From Marsupella aquatica (lineage: Eukaryota > Plantae > Marchantiophyta): 64,000 nucleotides of DNA. Made by a program: the position numbers and the translations under genes. Numbering within the stretch: position 1 is the first letter of the stretch; every line of letters begins with the position of its first letter. Location of the stretch: assembly GCA_973895155.1 (NCBI GenBank), contig OZ316895.1:10714184-10778183 (forward strand), given 5' to 3'. The notes under the pieces are model-generated. The model was not told where the DNA came from. It worked only from the letters and a program-made list of their open reading frames with translations, and ran no database searches. Positions 27,701 through 39,556 of the stretch are shown piece by piece.

Positions 27701-30700
27701 CGTCGTGAAGCTATGTTTACTGCACGTAATCCCTACTCCGCTAGCAAGACCATGATTTATTGCACAGTCAGGACACAGCTATTCTGCTCTTAGTGTGACT
27801 CGGAGGACAGATCGTCAAATCCATCCGATCCATGAACGCCTATAATGAACTACGTAGTATTAGCTCTGGTTAGTACGTAGTGAACACAGTCAGAATTATT
27901 GCGAATCTTAAACGAGCTGAAATGCAATCTTAACGAGCTGAAATGCAATCTCGACGAGGAAGGTCAAGACTAATCCTTTCAGACGTTAAACAAAAGAAGG
28001 TGCGCAATGTTGAAAAGTTCGACCACGTACTCGCGTAAAGAAGACGTACATAAACTAATGTATATAGGCTGCAAGTTCGACAAAATAATCGCATACTAGA
28101 CACGTATGTCCAGTGGCTTATCGTCACTAGGAAGAAACAGTTACCGTAATAGCACCCGGCCGGCGCGCACAACCAGGAACTCGTCGCGTGTATTACCGCC
28201 GAGATGTGTCTCAATTCTAGGAAAGAAAGGAACAGTGAACGTGTAATTGCCGCCAAGTGGCGGGCCACGTACAGAAGATTGTGATATAAATATTCTGTGA
28301 AGTTGTACTCGGAATTTCACTGCAGGCAGAGTCAGGCAGAGTCAAGATTGTACAGTCCATGCAGAAGAGAACAAAACTTATAAAGAGGACTACATTCCCA
28401 ATCCAGGCCTGTGCAAGTCAATCATAGTCAATCAGCTGTTTAATTTTGGACGACAGCGCTTAACAGCAAGAGAATGACACGAGGCCCCAACAGATTTAAC
28501 AGTTTGAAATGTCATAGAACCAAGCTGCAGATGATCTGACGAATTGGATCCAAAATAACATATTAGTTTCTGCACCAAGATTTTCTCGTTAATTCAGACT
28601 CATTATTTGTGCAGAAGCTTATCAGATGCGAGCTCTACAATGAAAGCGTTGTTGTGAAGGATGAAGCAGAAGTCGGACAATCTCTATCAGCCTAAGCGGT
28701 TGCTGTCAAAGCGCACGGAAAGAAGATTTAATGACAACATAGTATACCACATCCAAAACGAAGTTCGGTTCATGCTATAATTAATTTCAGTACTTCTTTT
28801 AATTTTGGTGAAACCTGTCTAGTTATACGGTATATAGATACGAATGAACCATTCGATCGTCTAAGTGTTGGCAAGGAGGACGCACAGCACTGTTGTCCTC
28901 CTTTGAAGGTCGTTCGACAAAAATGAAAAGAGTGCCAAAGGCAGAGCCTATCACTTTGTAGGCATACCGGGTGAGTTCATTCAAGAATTGAGCTTACAGT
29001 TTCTTAAGGCGTAACCTGGCCTGCATGAGATTAATCGGATCCGTTGTGGGCGGGATTACGTTTAGTTGTGGGGACCACGAAATGAACTTTACGGCAGCAT
29101 GCATTGCCGTATAGTAAACTCTTGGAACACTGTGCAATCGATCGATGTATTCGACTTCGAAGTTCAGAGGTTCGGAAGTTATCCTGGATATTCAGCTTTT
29201 TAAAATGTGCCGATTCCTGATATAATATAGTTTCCGTCATAATAGCTGCAGGATCAGAAAACAAAGTACGTATAATCACCAGATGAAGTTTCGTCATATT
29301 GTTTGGCATGGGTTCTCACTGCAGGATTGAAGCGAGAATATTGTACGATGCCTACATTCCTGCTGGTGATCTCTAGACTAGACTGTACGATTAGGACAAT
29401 TCTTTATCACCTTTGTGGTGACGAAGGCGACGAAGCTGAGCTTTGTAGAACAGTGAGGTAATGCAACATACTACATACTCTAATCATCAATAGAATCAAT
29501 AATTGGCATAGTAGTATCTGTCAAGCCTTTTGATTCCTACTTTGACAATGTTTAATGTTGCGTGTGTAGAAGATAACGAAGTCAATCTCTCGGCCTCCAG
29601 ACTGCGATACGATCCCTTACCTGGGATTATTATCCTTGCCATGCACCGTGCCAGTACTCTTATGTGGACTGGACTACTAGCTAGTGTTCTTTGCTCAGTT
29701 GCAGTTATGCAATATATCCTTGGTAACCGCAACTTATTGGAATGCTCAACAGTCGGAACGCATAACTAAATCATTAAAACATAGTCAGCTGGTTTGGAAC
29801 CTCGATGTATAATTATATTACAAAAGTTAAAGAGAGTATTTTAAGGCGCGACAGCTCTATCAACAGGAAATCTACTACATCGAGCTATTTCCGTGTCAAT
29901 TCAGCAAATTGACCTTCCAGCTTGATTCAGTTCCTATCAACCTTGAATCTCATTGTGTCTAGCTGTTTGGACTTTCTGCCTCCCGAGATCGTTCCTATGA
30001 TCTCAACCGGATATTAATCTTATTGGAATATCATGGAGTAATTTTAGTTCAATCCTTTTAAACCAACAAAAACAATTTGCTCACGTGTTGAGCACCGTGT
30101 GTTTTAAGTAGAGGAACGGCGCCAGCATTAATTGCAGCATTTTTTAGAGGGATTGATGACACTTTAAACGCGAACTTGTATTCACTTTCTTAAGGAAATT
30201 AACACAAGTTCTATCTAGGAGTCCGAGCATAGTCGGCAATGGCTGGAAATGTGTCAAATGATGACGTAATCGAAAGTGGGCACTATTGATCGGTGAACAT
30301 TGACAAGTAGTCTAGTAGTTTTTCAATAGTAGCCACCTGCGATGCTATAGGCCGGTTTTAGGCTTACCCAACTAACATGGGCAGCTATGATATGGGTCAC
30401 TATTAGAGATGCCAGTAATTCATGCCCTGTACGATTATAGTATGCCTTATGAAGAATACAAAACAACAGAACTTGAGAGCAAAATAATGAGTCTCTGCGC
30501 TGATCGCGTTTCTAGTTTGGAACCTGAGCCACCTGAGCTTTTGTGAGTGGGTTGGTCTCAGCTCAGTTATTGAGTCCATTGGTCGAGTCTGATCTTTCTA
30601 GCTGCTCTCCACGTCATCCACTAGACGAGCGTAAGCTAATCCTTAAGAAGATTGTCAAGTACGGACGCAAGTGTACCTCGTAGCACCACAACCGTTTAAG

Positions 30701-31715
30701 CTTTCAAGCCTTGGTCCACTGTCTAGTAACTTGATTCATTTGACTAATGAAATAACTATTCAGAGAGTCTGAAACACAAACTGAGCTTTCGACGAAAATA
30801 TTCTACGTACAGGTATAGTTATTGATCCATGTCAAAAGTATCATGATGCGTGCTTAATTTCAATTGGATCGTCGATGTTTTTGTCTTGCTTTAACACTGC
30901 ATTGGCCCTGGGTACTAGCTCGATGCCCTGCTTACCTGTTTTTTTTGCATCTGTTTGAGTAAAATCGTTCTTTCAACATTGCAGCTAGAAGGAAACATCA
31001 ATCTTGCACGGTCAGGTCAACTAATATTTACTGTCTAGCATACATACTGAATCGTATCGTCTTCAAGGCTAGTCTCCTTTATTGCTGAAACACATTTATC
31101 CTTGAACATTCTGGCAGTGGCATGAAGCAATGTCAACAAGGAGTCCTTCTCAACTATGTGGATTTGAACAAACAATATTGATCAAGTATCCGGCCAATTC
31201 GAACTACGAGCTCGCTAACATTGCCGTTCAGAGACAGTCCTGGACAATGGTTCTCTTCTCTGGCCTACTATTATATTGGCCAATATGCATGTTTAGTGAA
31301 ATCTCCAATCATTCACTCATTCATAGCACATCCGACACTTCTGTATTCCCAAGAATAAAGGGATTCATATCGATCTCTGAAAGTTTCTTCACTTGCCCTA
31401 GCCCTGGAACCCTATATTGAACGAACTATGACCCGGGATAGAGCGCTAACTATTGGATGATAAGAACTTGTCTTCCTGAATTCTCTCTGACTAGGAATCT
31501 GGCAATATTCATCGCGAGCTTCATGAGCTTCAAAGCTGCTGATAATCACGATCTCCACGATGCTTCGCGTACTTCATGAACAGGCCGGGCTGCATACGTG
31601 ACGACGTCTTTCCTTCCCTGCCTGGGCTGGCTCGTTATTAAGAGCAAAATGTAACAGCCATCGATCAGTTGCTCGAAAGATTGTTAAAAGTGACACCAAA
31701 TCATCTGTTTAATTT

Positions 31716-34505
31716 TCATCTTTTCCATGAAGAGGCTGCGATAATGGGCTTGCCCTTCCATCCCAAAACGAGGCAGCCCTTCTCCTCGGACAGGGTGTAT
31801 CCCTCGCACGAGTAGAGTCCTAACCAGATCCTCGCTTGGCTCAAGAACTTCAGAGGCAGAGGCTGGAAGCCAGCTCGGCTCATTCTCCTGCGCCATTGGT
31901 CCACCCGTTCATGTCTCTCTACCCGGGCAGGCCCTTCGCAAGATACGATGTTCTTGATCTCCTCCGCAAAGTGGAACTGCTCCATCTTCACTCTTTGTTC
32001 GCTGTTTCGGGGCAGAATGGCGTCCAGAGAATCGAAGATGGCGGAGTAGTAGTGCAGAGCTTCCATGAATCGGCCCAGGAAAAAGGGCCCGTTGTGGCTT
32101 GCATCCTGCTCGACGAGAGTTAGGATCTTCGGTGACAGCTCGTGGATGGACTGCAGCACCGCGTTGAGGGATCCCCGGCTCTCCTTCACAACACAGTGCA
32201 ATTGAAGGACACTGTTGACAGCCAGAGCTTCCCCCTCGCGAAGTTCGAGTTCTGATCTCTTCAGGTCCTCCAGAGGTCCCTCTACCAAATGGAACTCGAA
32301 CGGGACCTTGGCTTCCGCTGCTACTCTCGACAGCTCCTCGCCGGCTTCCTTCATGTTTTCGACAGACAATCCAAATCCGGTGATGCGGAGAAGTTTGGGC
32401 GGTCCACTGGGTCGTTTGGCAAGACCGTGGATCAGATACGGCCATTGCAGAGAATGCATCATGCCCAAGTCGACGATGTGCATACGCTCCTCTCCTTCAA
32501 ACGCCTCGAGAATAGCGGAGTTGGCTGCGAAGTGTCCGAAGGCAACGTATGGAGAAGATTGGTAGACAAGGTTGAATCCCTCCCGCTTCTCGGCGTTGGA
32601 GGGAGGCTTCCGTATGGGGTTCGTGAATTTGAAAGGCTGCGAGCCGGTGATGGCAAGGCGAGCACTGAGTCCCTCGACAAAGCAGGCTGTGATTCTCTGC
32701 ATGGCGTCTCCGTATGGACAGGCCATGTGCTGCAACTGCTGGAGAAGAATGTTGGCCTGGCGAGAATCCCTGCATGCCACTGCTTCAGCGCAAGCTAGGA
32801 GCACCTGCACCATCCGCACGCCTCCCATGCCTGACGCTTGCGTCTCCACAGCGAGCCGGACCACGCTGGGAATTTGCGTCCCAACAGTGGGCAGCTGGAC
32901 GCCTCCCATCTTCACGCCTCCGCTGGCCTGCTCTGCCAGGGTCACCACCCTTCCGGCTCCTCCCATGCTGTGTCCTCGGTGGTCATTTGAACCATTGTTC
33001 TTCTCACCACCGGATTTCTGACCTGCACCGGCGTCGGTTCTCCTTCTAGACATGGGAAGCTCGGATGAGACTGGTCGACTTGTGTAAACGGAGTCCCCGG
33101 GTGCCAGAGAGTGGGATGTAGGTCGAACGGGACCCCAAAGCTTAGTGCTCGGCTTGGTGGATGCCTCGAGAGCAGAACCTGGAAGACCCATACTTTGGGG
33201 GCGGGAGGTCACTGGAATCGGCATCTCGAACATTCGGGGAGATGGCTTGATGTCAGTAGGAGACGAAGCCACTGATTGGGCATTCATGAAGTTGCTGCTG
33301 CGATGATGGTTCAGGTGAGTGCTTGAATCTGAAGCGGGGATAGACATCTGAAATTTAGGAACAGGACTGGCAGTCCTGCTCACGGAGGACAGGTTCTGCG
33401 AATATGTGGGAGAACTGGCAATCGGAGGGGAGGCTGAAACTTGTTGGCCCCCGGGCCCTATAGTGTCCTGAGTTCCTGAGAGATACCAATTGGGCGACGG
33501 CTTGATGTCCTCCATGGAAGACTGGATATCGACGCACATAGGGGCATTGTTAGGGTTGAAATCTTCCAGTGATAGCTGCATATCGTACTGGTCCTCGATG
33601 TGGGTGTCCACGAGGTCAGATGATCCCTCCGAAGCGGCCGCAGAACTTGCACTTGAGCACCTGCTGATGTAATTCAACTGCTGCTGCGAACCTGCACTCG
33701 AGCTCCTGCTGATGCAGTTCATCTGCTGCTGCTGTTGATCGACAGAATTCGATAGAGTATCGTGTTCATCCAGCATCAAGAAACTTTGGGAGGAGGAGGA
33801 CTCAACTTCCGTGGAGACCGAGGTGAGTGAGCTGTCCCCAGAGTACGAGGTCATCCAGCTCTCAAGGATTAAGGGATCTTCCAAGCACGGCAGGCCTTGC
33901 ATCAGTTGGGGTCCGAAGTTCTCCTGTTGCTGGAAGTCCACCCACGGAACGGAGGGAAGGGTTTGCAGCATCATCGCGTCGTGCCCGTTGCCGCTTCCCT
34001 GGTAGTGGTCGCAGTTGACTGCGTCCCAGCTTGATTGAAGCAGGGAGTGATGGGGGTCGGGAGTGTATGGAATCTCGAAGCCTGTGGCGTAAGGAATCTG
34101 AATCCGGTCGTTTGAAGCTTGCAAGTACTGCAGCTCGGCAAATTCCACTTGTTGCAGCTCCCAAATCTGATGTTTCTGCTGCTGCTCCCATTGCTGCTGT
34201 TGCTGCCACTGGTTAATCTGCTGCTGCTGCAAAATCTGCTGCTCTACCTGTTGCTCGTACTGAAGGACCTCCTGCTGGCGCTGCTGCTGATGCTCTGCCC
34301 ACTCTTCGTGCGAAAGGGGTGGTGAGATGCACTGCGACAGTTCCAGCACCGACGTCGGTTCATCCAAATCGTCCGCCCCGTGGCCGAACGACTTGATGAT
34401 CAATTCAAGATCACCCATCTGAGCTACAGTGTGGCTGCCGCTATAGGAAGACTGGTTCTTCGCCATCATGGACTCGTAGCTACTACCATGAGAAGAAAAC
34501 GCCAT
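31716..34505 (-). CDS. RAD1: GRAS transcription factor, RAD1 (REQUIRED FOR ARBUSCULE DEVELOPMENT 1) type, 929 aa, intronless
   Basis: Complete GRAS domain: LLACAEAVA, MHIVDLG (VHIID), RVERHE, WKGKPIIAASSW (SAW). It has the motifs I associate with the RAD1 subfamily, LQLHCVVKESRGSLNAVLQ and EQDASHNGPFFLGRFMEALHYYSAIFDSLD. The N-terminus is long and Q/S-rich. Confidence 0.9.
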   Translation of the reverse strand: MAFSSHGSSYESMMAKNQSSYSGSHTVAQMGDLELIIKSFGHGADDLDEPTSVLELSQCISPPLSHEEWAEHQQQRQQEVLQYEQQVEQQILQQQQINQWQQQQQWEQQQKHQIWELQQVEFAELQYLQASNDRIQIPYATGFEIPYTPDPHHSLLQSSWDAVNCDHYQGSGNGHDAMMLQTLPSVPWVDFQQQENFGPQLMQGLPCLEDPLILESWMTSYSGDSSLTSVSTEVESSSSQSFLMLDEHDTLSNSVDQQQQQMNCISRSSSAGSQQQLNYISRCSSASSAAASEGSSDLVDTHIEDQYDMQLSLEDFNPNNAPMCVDIQSSMEDIKPSPNWYLSGTQDTIGPGGQQVSASPPIASSPTYSQNLSSVSRTASPVPKFQMSIPASDSSTHLNHHRSSNFMNAQSVASSPTDIKPSPRMFEMPIPVTSRPQSMGLPGSALEASTKPSTKLWGPVRPTSHSLAPGDSVYTSRPVSSELPMSRRRTDAGAGQKSGGEKNNGSNDHRGHSMGGAGRVVTLAEQASGGVKMGGVQLPTVGTQIPSVVRLAVETQASGMGGVRMVQVLLACAEAVACRDSRQANILLQQLQHMACPYGDAMQRITACFVEGLSARLAITGSQPFKFTNPIRKPPSNAEKREGFNLVYQSSPYVAFGHFAANSAILEAFEGEERMHIVDLGMMHSLQWPYLIHGLAKRPSGPPKLLRITGFGLSVENMKEAGEELSRVAAEAKVPFEFHLVEGPLEDLKRSELELREGEALAVNSVLQLHCVVKESRGSLNAVLQSIHELSPKILTLVEQDASHNGPFFLGRFMEALHYYSAIFDSLDAILPRNSEQRVKMEQFHFAEEIKNIVSCEGPARVERHERVDQWRRRMSRAGFQPLPLKFLSQARIWLGLYSCEGYTLSEEKGCLVLGWKGKPIIAASSWKR

Positions 34506-34949
34506 AATATCTCAACTCTAGGTCGAATCCTACGTCTTCAAGCCGACGAATTGAGGGACATTTACCGCAGGAGGTTGGTCAATTGGCCTCGGTCGGCTAG
34601 CGAATTATATTCATCAACGCACACAGCAGAATAGTCTGCCTCTCATGTTGATTAACCAAACAGTCCTTTGGATGGACCGAGGACGCAGTCTTCCTGTCAA
34701 TGGCCGAAGCCTTCACAGTGATTCTTTCCTCCGTCAATGCTTACACGCAGCTCGATCACAGTGAATTTGCAACACAACCTCGCGTCTAATTACCTGTTCA
34801 GAATTGCATAACGTTACAATTGAGCTGTTGTCAAGAGCATAAGAACGCACACGGCGGACTTAGAAATTTAGCTCTATACTCGAATGAGAATCCTATGATT
34901 GGGCTTTCTTCGTACGTTGTCTGAAAAATTGAACAACGTAGGAATCCTA

Positions 34950-34951
<2 letters not shown>

Positions 34952-35005
<54 letters not shown>
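34952..35005. repeat. (CT)27 / (GA)27 microsatellite in the RAD1 leader region
   Basis: Pure dinucleotide run about 450 bp upstream of the RAD1 ATG. Confidence 0.97.
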
Positions 35006-35009
<4 letters not shown>

Positions 35010-35352
35010 TTCAAGAGTGGAGCTCCCAAATAGTACAGTTGCAATGAAACCGTGGAATCGATTGACCTTGAGAAATGCTATAATGAAAAGTCAGCTGTCT
35101 CTCGATCCGATCACCAACAATCTAGCTGCCTCTGACTCTCTTCTAATCTGTCACAATTAAGTGTACTAGACGTTTCTTTTGTCAATGAGGAGTTTCTCGA
35201 CACTCTCTGTCCTTCTTTCCTACTACTGTAATACTGATGAGGATTACGGGGCTCGAGCTCTAATTCAGCCCTACAGCTGTGGTAGATCGAGATGTGTGAA
35301 TTGCGGGGGAAGGAAAGGGAATGAATCTCGTTAGCAAGAGAGGTCAAGCGCG

Positions 35353-36102
35353 TCTATATATGTAGAGAGAGTGAGCGGCCATGAACTACGAAAGGGAAGA
35401 AGCGGGAATCTTCCCTTGGGATCCCCGACCGTGAGATCAGCGGCCCAGATCGAGAGGGGCAAAGTCACCTGTCTACGCCATCGATGGAAAGCTGTACGTG
35501 TTCCCTGTTCTTCGTTTATCAGTGTTTACGGTACACCTTTTCGTATGTAGTACACTAGTACTGTATGACCAATACAACATGTATTCCATCAACCCTCAAA
35601 CACAGACAACCCTGCCCTCTAAACCCTTCTTGCATTTGCATTGTATTTTTCATTGAAGGATATGGGCCACAAAGCTAGGGATTCACTGATTTAAAGACTT
35701 TGTGATACTGGCGCACATCAGGGACACAACTCCTCCCACACATAGTTTTCTCAAGTATATTCACTCATTTTGGGTTTAAGTTTGGTGACTCATCCTCTCT
35801 TTGGAGGGCCATGGAGGGTCGGGCTGACCCCACTCTGGGTGACCGTCCTCAACGAGTACAACCTATAACATGGGTTACCCTGGATACACATACCCATCTT
35901 TATAAAACAAGAAGAAATCACAGGCGTATGTCACTTCGAGGCAACTGTCCAGTGGATGGGCAGCCCTGTCATTCAGTCTTTGCTTTGCTTGGTTGGTCTC
36001 AAGTCGACCATAACAGTTTGAGAATGATGAAAAACTGCTCTAAGTGTGCCAACGGTAGGTGCTTGTGTGTCGTTACCCAACTTTATCTACAAATGAATAT
36101 AC
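35353..36102 (-). promoter_or_regulatory. Putative RAD1 promoter: TATA-like box, AW-box and two P1BS elements
   Basis: TATATA at ~35355-35361. AW-box CnTnG(N7)CG at 35414-35427. P1BS GNATATNC at 35755-35762 (GTATATTC) and 36095-36102 (GAATATAC). The motifs are short and the transcription start is only inferred. Confidence 0.4.
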
Positions 36103-36746
36103 TGGTTACCGAGCAGACCATTTCTGAGATACTCTCCTAATTTTCTTTCTATTTCTTCATTTAACTACAATGTTTGAGTTGAAGTGTTGCATATTATTTT
36201 CATTTAAATAGACCTTGGTAGATCAAAATTGAGTTTAGGGACCACTTTTAATGGATAATTCTTTGCATGGGAAAAGGTTTAGACAAACGGTTAATTGGCT
36301 CACTTTCTTCCAAGGCTTGAAGCAATTGTCAGTTAGTGGATGTCTGACATTATTGTCATGTGAGATTGCTCTCCATAACAGAAAGTCATCAGGCCATTTT
36401 TGTATTGAACTCTTCTTTCCTTTCAACTAAGGGGAATCTGCTTTCTGGTCCATTCTATGACATGCCTATTTTAACTTATTCAAAACTAACTAATATGCAA
36501 CTAAGACAAGCTCAAATGGCACATAAACACATTTAATGGGTCCAAGAAGGTTTGGAGAAAACCCATTCTAACACCAAATTGAAACAGGCTCAGCAAAACT
36601 TAGAATTGTTTGAATATGAGAAAGGTTTTTTGTTATTGCCTGACATTACTCAAATTAATTATCCTTCAAGATTGCCACCTGCTACTGTAACAAAGGGAAT
36701 TTTTAAGATGGAAATGGAAGAATTAGCCAGACGTTGAGGTGACAGC

Positions 36747-37026
36747 CAGTGTATTTTTTATTAAAGATTTTACTTTTTTGCCAGAGTGGTGAATGTATGG
36801 TCTCTGAAGGAGAAGATGCTCAAAAGATTCTCTGTTTAATTAACTTCCTGCCCGTCAGATCTCCCTGGATTTAAGGCTGACTGTTACATTCTGGCTAATG
36901 GGGCTTGTGATTAGATGGAACACTGGCTAATAAGACAAAGAAATAGTAGCAATTTTTTGCCTAAGTGGTGAAAGATTTTTTGGGAGATGAAATTTGCCAA
37001 AAATTTTGCCACTAAAAAACACTCTC
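36747..37026. mobile_element. hAT-like MITE, diverged inverted relative of 19197-19483
   Basis: 8-bp TSD GTGACAGC at 36739-36746 and 37027-37034. It aligns over its length to the reverse complement of 19197-19483 (for example ccgtcagat.tccct.gatttaagg and attctggct.atgggg). The right TIR is degenerate. Confidence 0.82.
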
Positions 37027-39226
37027 GTGACAGCATCTCCTGACTGGTGACTGTATCTGTGGGAACCCTCAGGACTGATAAATGTGCAAGGCTCCCAGAG
37101 CCTACCCCTCACACTTGTGTTGCAAGATTTTTCGGTTTCCCATTGGTCACTTCCTCTCACCATGTCCTTGATATTACAAAAACCAAGATTAAGTGATCTG
37201 GAAAAGTATGGGCACTAGTCAAAGGCCACATTAGGGCCCTATTCCACGGAAGAGAGAAACGGATCCATATTTGAGACCCCGTATTACCGTGCGTTAAATC
37301 TATGCTGCTTTAAGACCCTCCAAGATGTCGGGTGAGTCGTACGGGTGAGTCCCCCGGACCGGTCCCCGTATTTGCTTGCCACATCCTCCCAAGAAGCTGG
37401 TGGCTGGACTCACCAGTGTACCTCCTCAATCATGGCCTGAGTCCTCCTCATGTACTTGCAATTGATTTCCTTCTCAGCAAGCACTTGAAAGGGTGGAGTT
37501 CGGCTATATACTTTTGCCCTGTGTACTCCATACGAAAAGGTGCAATAGTTAAAAGTTGGACTATGCTAGATAGCATTGTGAGTCTTGGATGCATGGAGGG
37601 GTTCACTTCCCCAGCAAATAATTACTTCACAGTTGCCCATGTGAGTTTACAGTTTTGGTCAACTAGTTCTTAGTACTATTTCTCATCGTTTTTTCTTCCT
37701 GAAGGTTGTGGTATGTCAAACAACTCACCAAGAAGACACCCTAAAGTTGTCATCGCCTGGTCCTTGATTATGGACACGTCTGACAGATCTTCTCACCAAA
37801 AATATACATTGGGTGAGGAAGAGATTGTCACCCCTCCTGAGTCAAGAATCCATGAGGTCACCTCATGGCAACAGTGGCGACTTGTCCCTGACCTAAAAAA
37901 CAATTCTGATACACATGAGTCATGAGACCTTCTATAGACAGCTTATGCTGCTATGGTACCATTACTGTACAAGTCACTATTTACTTGGACTATTTAATAT
38001 TTTGAATGTTGACTAGCCTTGCCCTATTTGTGGACTAAGCTCAACTTAATGTGGACTGTTGACTGACTTTGGACATCAGCTGGGCTACAGTTTCAGCCAT
38101 CTTTAGCCTCATGGCCCGCCTCATGGCCCACCTCATGGCATGCCTCACGGCGTGCTACTTTAGGTGGAGTATGTACTTGGTCAAGTCAAGATTCACTCCC
38201 ATTTCTAAGTAAACCTTAACCCCTCAGTCTCGTTCTCATACATCTCCAAAGACTCTGCATCACATATGACTCACATGAATGTGTCTAAAATAAGGTTGCT
38301 CCAACTGTAGACAACCTTCTTCAAATCGTATTAAAAAGTTTTAGGATTAACAAATAGATATCTAAAGGCCTGAAGATCCCCAAAAGAAAATAAAGTAGCA
38401 TGTCTTGTAGTTTTTCCTACTCCAAAAGATTCTGATATGAAGAAGAATAATTAATCATTCCTTTCTGGAGGAGTGATGAATTTTGATCAACCGCCTCAAA
38501 ACAAGAATAGAGTAGTGTTGGGTAAATTGGTGCCCTCTCCTCATTATAAGACCCTACTTTTTAAGAAGTCCCCACGTGTCATTTTGCTAAATAACAGACA
38601 ATTGTTTACCCTCTAGACGATTGTGAATCATTGTTTTGAAAAAGTGGTGGGCCTTGCATGTTTACAATGGGTGGATTCCATGGGGGGACCACCACTATCT
38701 GTTTTCAGCACACATTTTAGTCTGCAAATTTCAGTGACATTGCTCGGGTGCTCAAGCTCTGGTGATCCATTGTCCACCTCTCACCATGGGTGCTAGTGTG
38801 CCTCAGCAGAGGCTTGCCCCCCTTACAGGCCAGGAGATTCATGTCCAACTTGCATATTTAGTCACCCCACTATGTATATGTGGACCATTATGTAGCTCCC
38901 GACTCTTTTGTATTAGCTGTAGACTATTAGGTTAAAAGCTCATTCCACTGTTGAAGTGGAATCTATTTTCCCCTTTTGTGGTTTCCTCTTTCTCAATTGT
39001 AGGGGTTGTATTTGCCTATTTTAGGGTTTGGTGTTTGTCCTCTTAAACCTTTTAATTTTCTTTTCCTTCATAATTGTACTTTGTTTGATCCTTTTTATAC
39101 AAAAAATATATGTTTTCCTTGACTTTCATGTACTTCTCACATGATGACTTTAGTTAGTGGCATGTAGCTAAAGGGACTCATTTTGAAGCCTTCCTTTCTC
39201 ACACTCCTGGGAAGACGTAGCCTAAG

Positions 39227-39556
39227 GTATGTATCCCTAATGTATGAAATGTCAAGTAAGTAAATACTTTTGTACTGGAATATAAGGATGAAAATGCCTT
39301 ACTATAAAAAAGGATGGGTAAGACTGTAAAATTCATGTAGAACTAAAGAGGGAGGTCTAGGAGGGTTTAGGGTTAGTCCAATAAAAAACCCGTATGTATC
39401 CCTAATGTATGAAATGTCAAGTAAGTAAATACTTTTGTACTGGAATATAAGGATGAAAATGCCTTACTATAAAAAAGGATGGGTAAGACTGTAAAATTCA
39501 TGTAGAACTAAAGAGGGAGGTCTAGGAGGGTTTAGGGTTAGTCCAATAAAAAACCC
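39227..39556. repeat. Tandem duplication of a 165-bp unit
   Basis: 39227-39391 and 39392-39556 appear identical by eye. Confidence 0.93.

Noticed and set aside
27904-27950. About 22-bp direct duplication AATCTTAA(A)CGAGCTGAAATGC
   Set aside because: Ordinary local slippage with no further structure.
31836-34325. Many overlapping ORFs within the GRAS gene
   Set aside because: Shadow frames of a GC-rich coding sequence.
10944-34505. AAE15 plus RAD1 as a symbiotic lipid gene cluster
   Set aside because: They are 14 kb apart, AAE15 is a general plastid enzyme, and nothing in the sequence supports co-regulation.
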